A stretch of 64,000 nucleotides of DNA from Monocercomonoides exilis PA203 (lineage: Eukaryota; Protista; Preaxostyla), in contig LSRY02000001.1 in the NCBI GenBank assembly GCA_001643675.2, forward strand, positions 1,302,001 through 1,366,000. Direction: 5' to 3'. The notes below the pieces were generated by a model. It was not told the origin of the DNA. It worked only from the letters and a program-made list of their open reading frames with translations, and ran no database searches. Both the position numbers and the translations under genes were made by a program. Shown here one piece after another: positions 63,601 through 64,000 of the stretch (position 1 is the stretch's first letter; each line of letters begins with the position of its first letter).

Positions 63601-64000
63601 CATCAGAATTGACATTTCTGTTCTTGTCTGTTGAGTCAGGGATCCTGATAATCGACAAATTCTCAGCTTCATCGGTTGATTTGAGGAGAAATCCGCTGAT
63701 TTCATTGTCTGGAAGCGGAACAAATACCGAGTCAATGAGCACTCTGTGGTTGAACATGACGAACAGCAATTTCACAAAAATCAAAAGAACTGCTGGAAAT
63801 GGAGGGTGTGTGAGCATTGACAATAGCAATGATGAAAATACAAATACACAAATAAATATTGAAGAATGTGTTTTTGATGGATGTTCTGTGGTGGATGATG
63901 GAAGCAGAGGAGGGGCTGTTAATGTTCAGTTGAAGTGGAATATTCAAATGAGTATTATTTCATGCACATTCACAGGATGCACAGCACCAGCTGGAGAAGA
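60603..64000 (+). CDS. Secreted/surface Cys-rich beta-helix (pectin-lyase/Pmp-like) protein; runs off the window end
   Basis: Signal-peptide exon 60603-60649 (MNMHLFLLAFLFLTKA), intron 60650-60745, then an open frame to 64000 with GGA(L/I/V) repeats and CG...PC motifs. Absent from the ORF track because there is no stop in the window. Confidence 0.85.
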   Translation, partial: MNMHLFLLAFLFLTKALNGQDKIGIATLKKHNDWKTFISHNYHYYPYRVVKEDKLYSSNNNICSLFEQRNIFVKKVLHSGISSVIGTFFTFANSSVGLKSIVFEYTLSPSMRISDKSATLIDSCIFHQKSASPFVLQSGSISMVNLSLIPQKSLNPSSLIFSSDDSNSAILSNSIITDLAVSASDNFLLSGKSKSEQIINCAFRNMSVKYAANSDHFVEHSCYRSSMENCLIYSCVNVFEGGISSGSYSSQEFICKNTTINFGKREMNALQKKGQINSTESQSFSLCEWEDCTAPQGGALYVHDNASAILTVENSSFTRCSASSTRGGGIYALKIAECIVLHSSFAQCSAAATTNQGGGGIQFETIFTQPMVDNCFFRNCSSGNDGGAIELLSPETQLQKKCVVNSFFINCQCNGSTDGTGGAMENYKCIAQVIISNCLFCNCYSMCGGGAVSQQINDKNKGILLYYCFFHNNTCVAGGHDVALHDSTENNIDPSCHTTRKTTNIVSTNYYTVMDKSEWLRNEGGRVRYVSSEQIWPNAKDAFACGINESHPCGTISHCLTQLIPGYVTEIEVFSGIIFETNSFDCGVNTFTVYGQSNMSTAIHTEFETSGLSLFSVSTGTLTVRDFVLVHDSAHPNNRGSRLFEISGAGEMRINRLNISFGSGQSAETAFSTELINVQNGMLQMEHVNWAKTISTNSLFSLSSTNEISMTLSECAFDGIERTTSGAAVMSFSNNKANIVVNSSTFEGCGSTTSENGGSMMLCVGNGNEVKVKGGSFGECFCSATDGLGGGILLRLLTENPDFQISSSFGSNTAKCGNDIFLISPNLEKTAKSENITCVTASLDSVEKVRGYDNGNTTLAIPLCIYLLPIPEEIYVSNSEASNHSHCGIVQFPCLTMKHSLARLTGEKKVVVNGMIMMSDELALKEKKHEIRGNDDESGWTVSDSSETSNSAMISANVETELTKLIFSFPSSLPLHSTFISSSSSSMTLSQCSLSLQNPSSELTFLFLSVESGILIIDKFSASSVDLRRNPLISLSGSGTNTESMSTLWLNMTNSNFTKIKRTAGNGGCVSIDNSNDENTNTQINIEECVFDGCSVVDDGSRGGAVNVQLKWNIQMSIISCTFTGCTAPAGE

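Noticed and set aside
60767-63947. Minus-strand ORFs near the window end
   Set aside because: Antisense to the long plus-strand surface-protein exon.
1-64000. Genome-wide stop-codon reassignment (TAR=Gln)
   Set aside because: Conserved genes end at TAG, TAA and TGA at expected positions, and long exons contain no internal stops.
1-64000. CRISPR arrays, tRNA or rRNA genes
   Set aside because: No regularly spaced direct repeats, cloverleaf or rRNA motifs were recognised by eye.

Overview
Eukaryotic, intron-rich, AT-rich gene-dense DNA. The expanded surface-protein/pseudokinase families and short GT-AG introns resemble an oxymonad such as Monocercomonoides; this assignment is inferred, not proven. 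Recognisable genes: HisRS, a giant FIG4-type SAC phosphatase, a DPE2-like GH77 4-alpha-glucanotransferase, XMAP215/TOG, Nup107, IFT46, an RFC small subunit, neuroguidin/Lcp5, an importin-alpha-like protein and two beta-helix-like surface proteins. Also present are an SRP (7SL) RNA gene, several TA-flanked MITEs and one ordinary pseudogene. The most unusual signal is a gene at 43310-48144. Its single ~2.8 kb exon keeps one reading frame with no frameshift but carries 13 in-frame stops of all three kinds. The stops read naturally as Gln (TAA/TAG) or Arg (TGA), i.e. CAA/CAG/CGA with a first-position C>T, and are crowded at the 5' end. Neighbouring genes use TAA, TAG and TGA as real stops. Smaller spliced models with the same pattern can be threaded through 'intergenic' DNA (36653-37640, 59862-60466, and weaker ones). 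This suggests a gene-restricted stop-codon rescue system, either U-to-C mRNA editing or regulated readthrough. Pseudogenisation by C>T mutation remains the null hypothesis.
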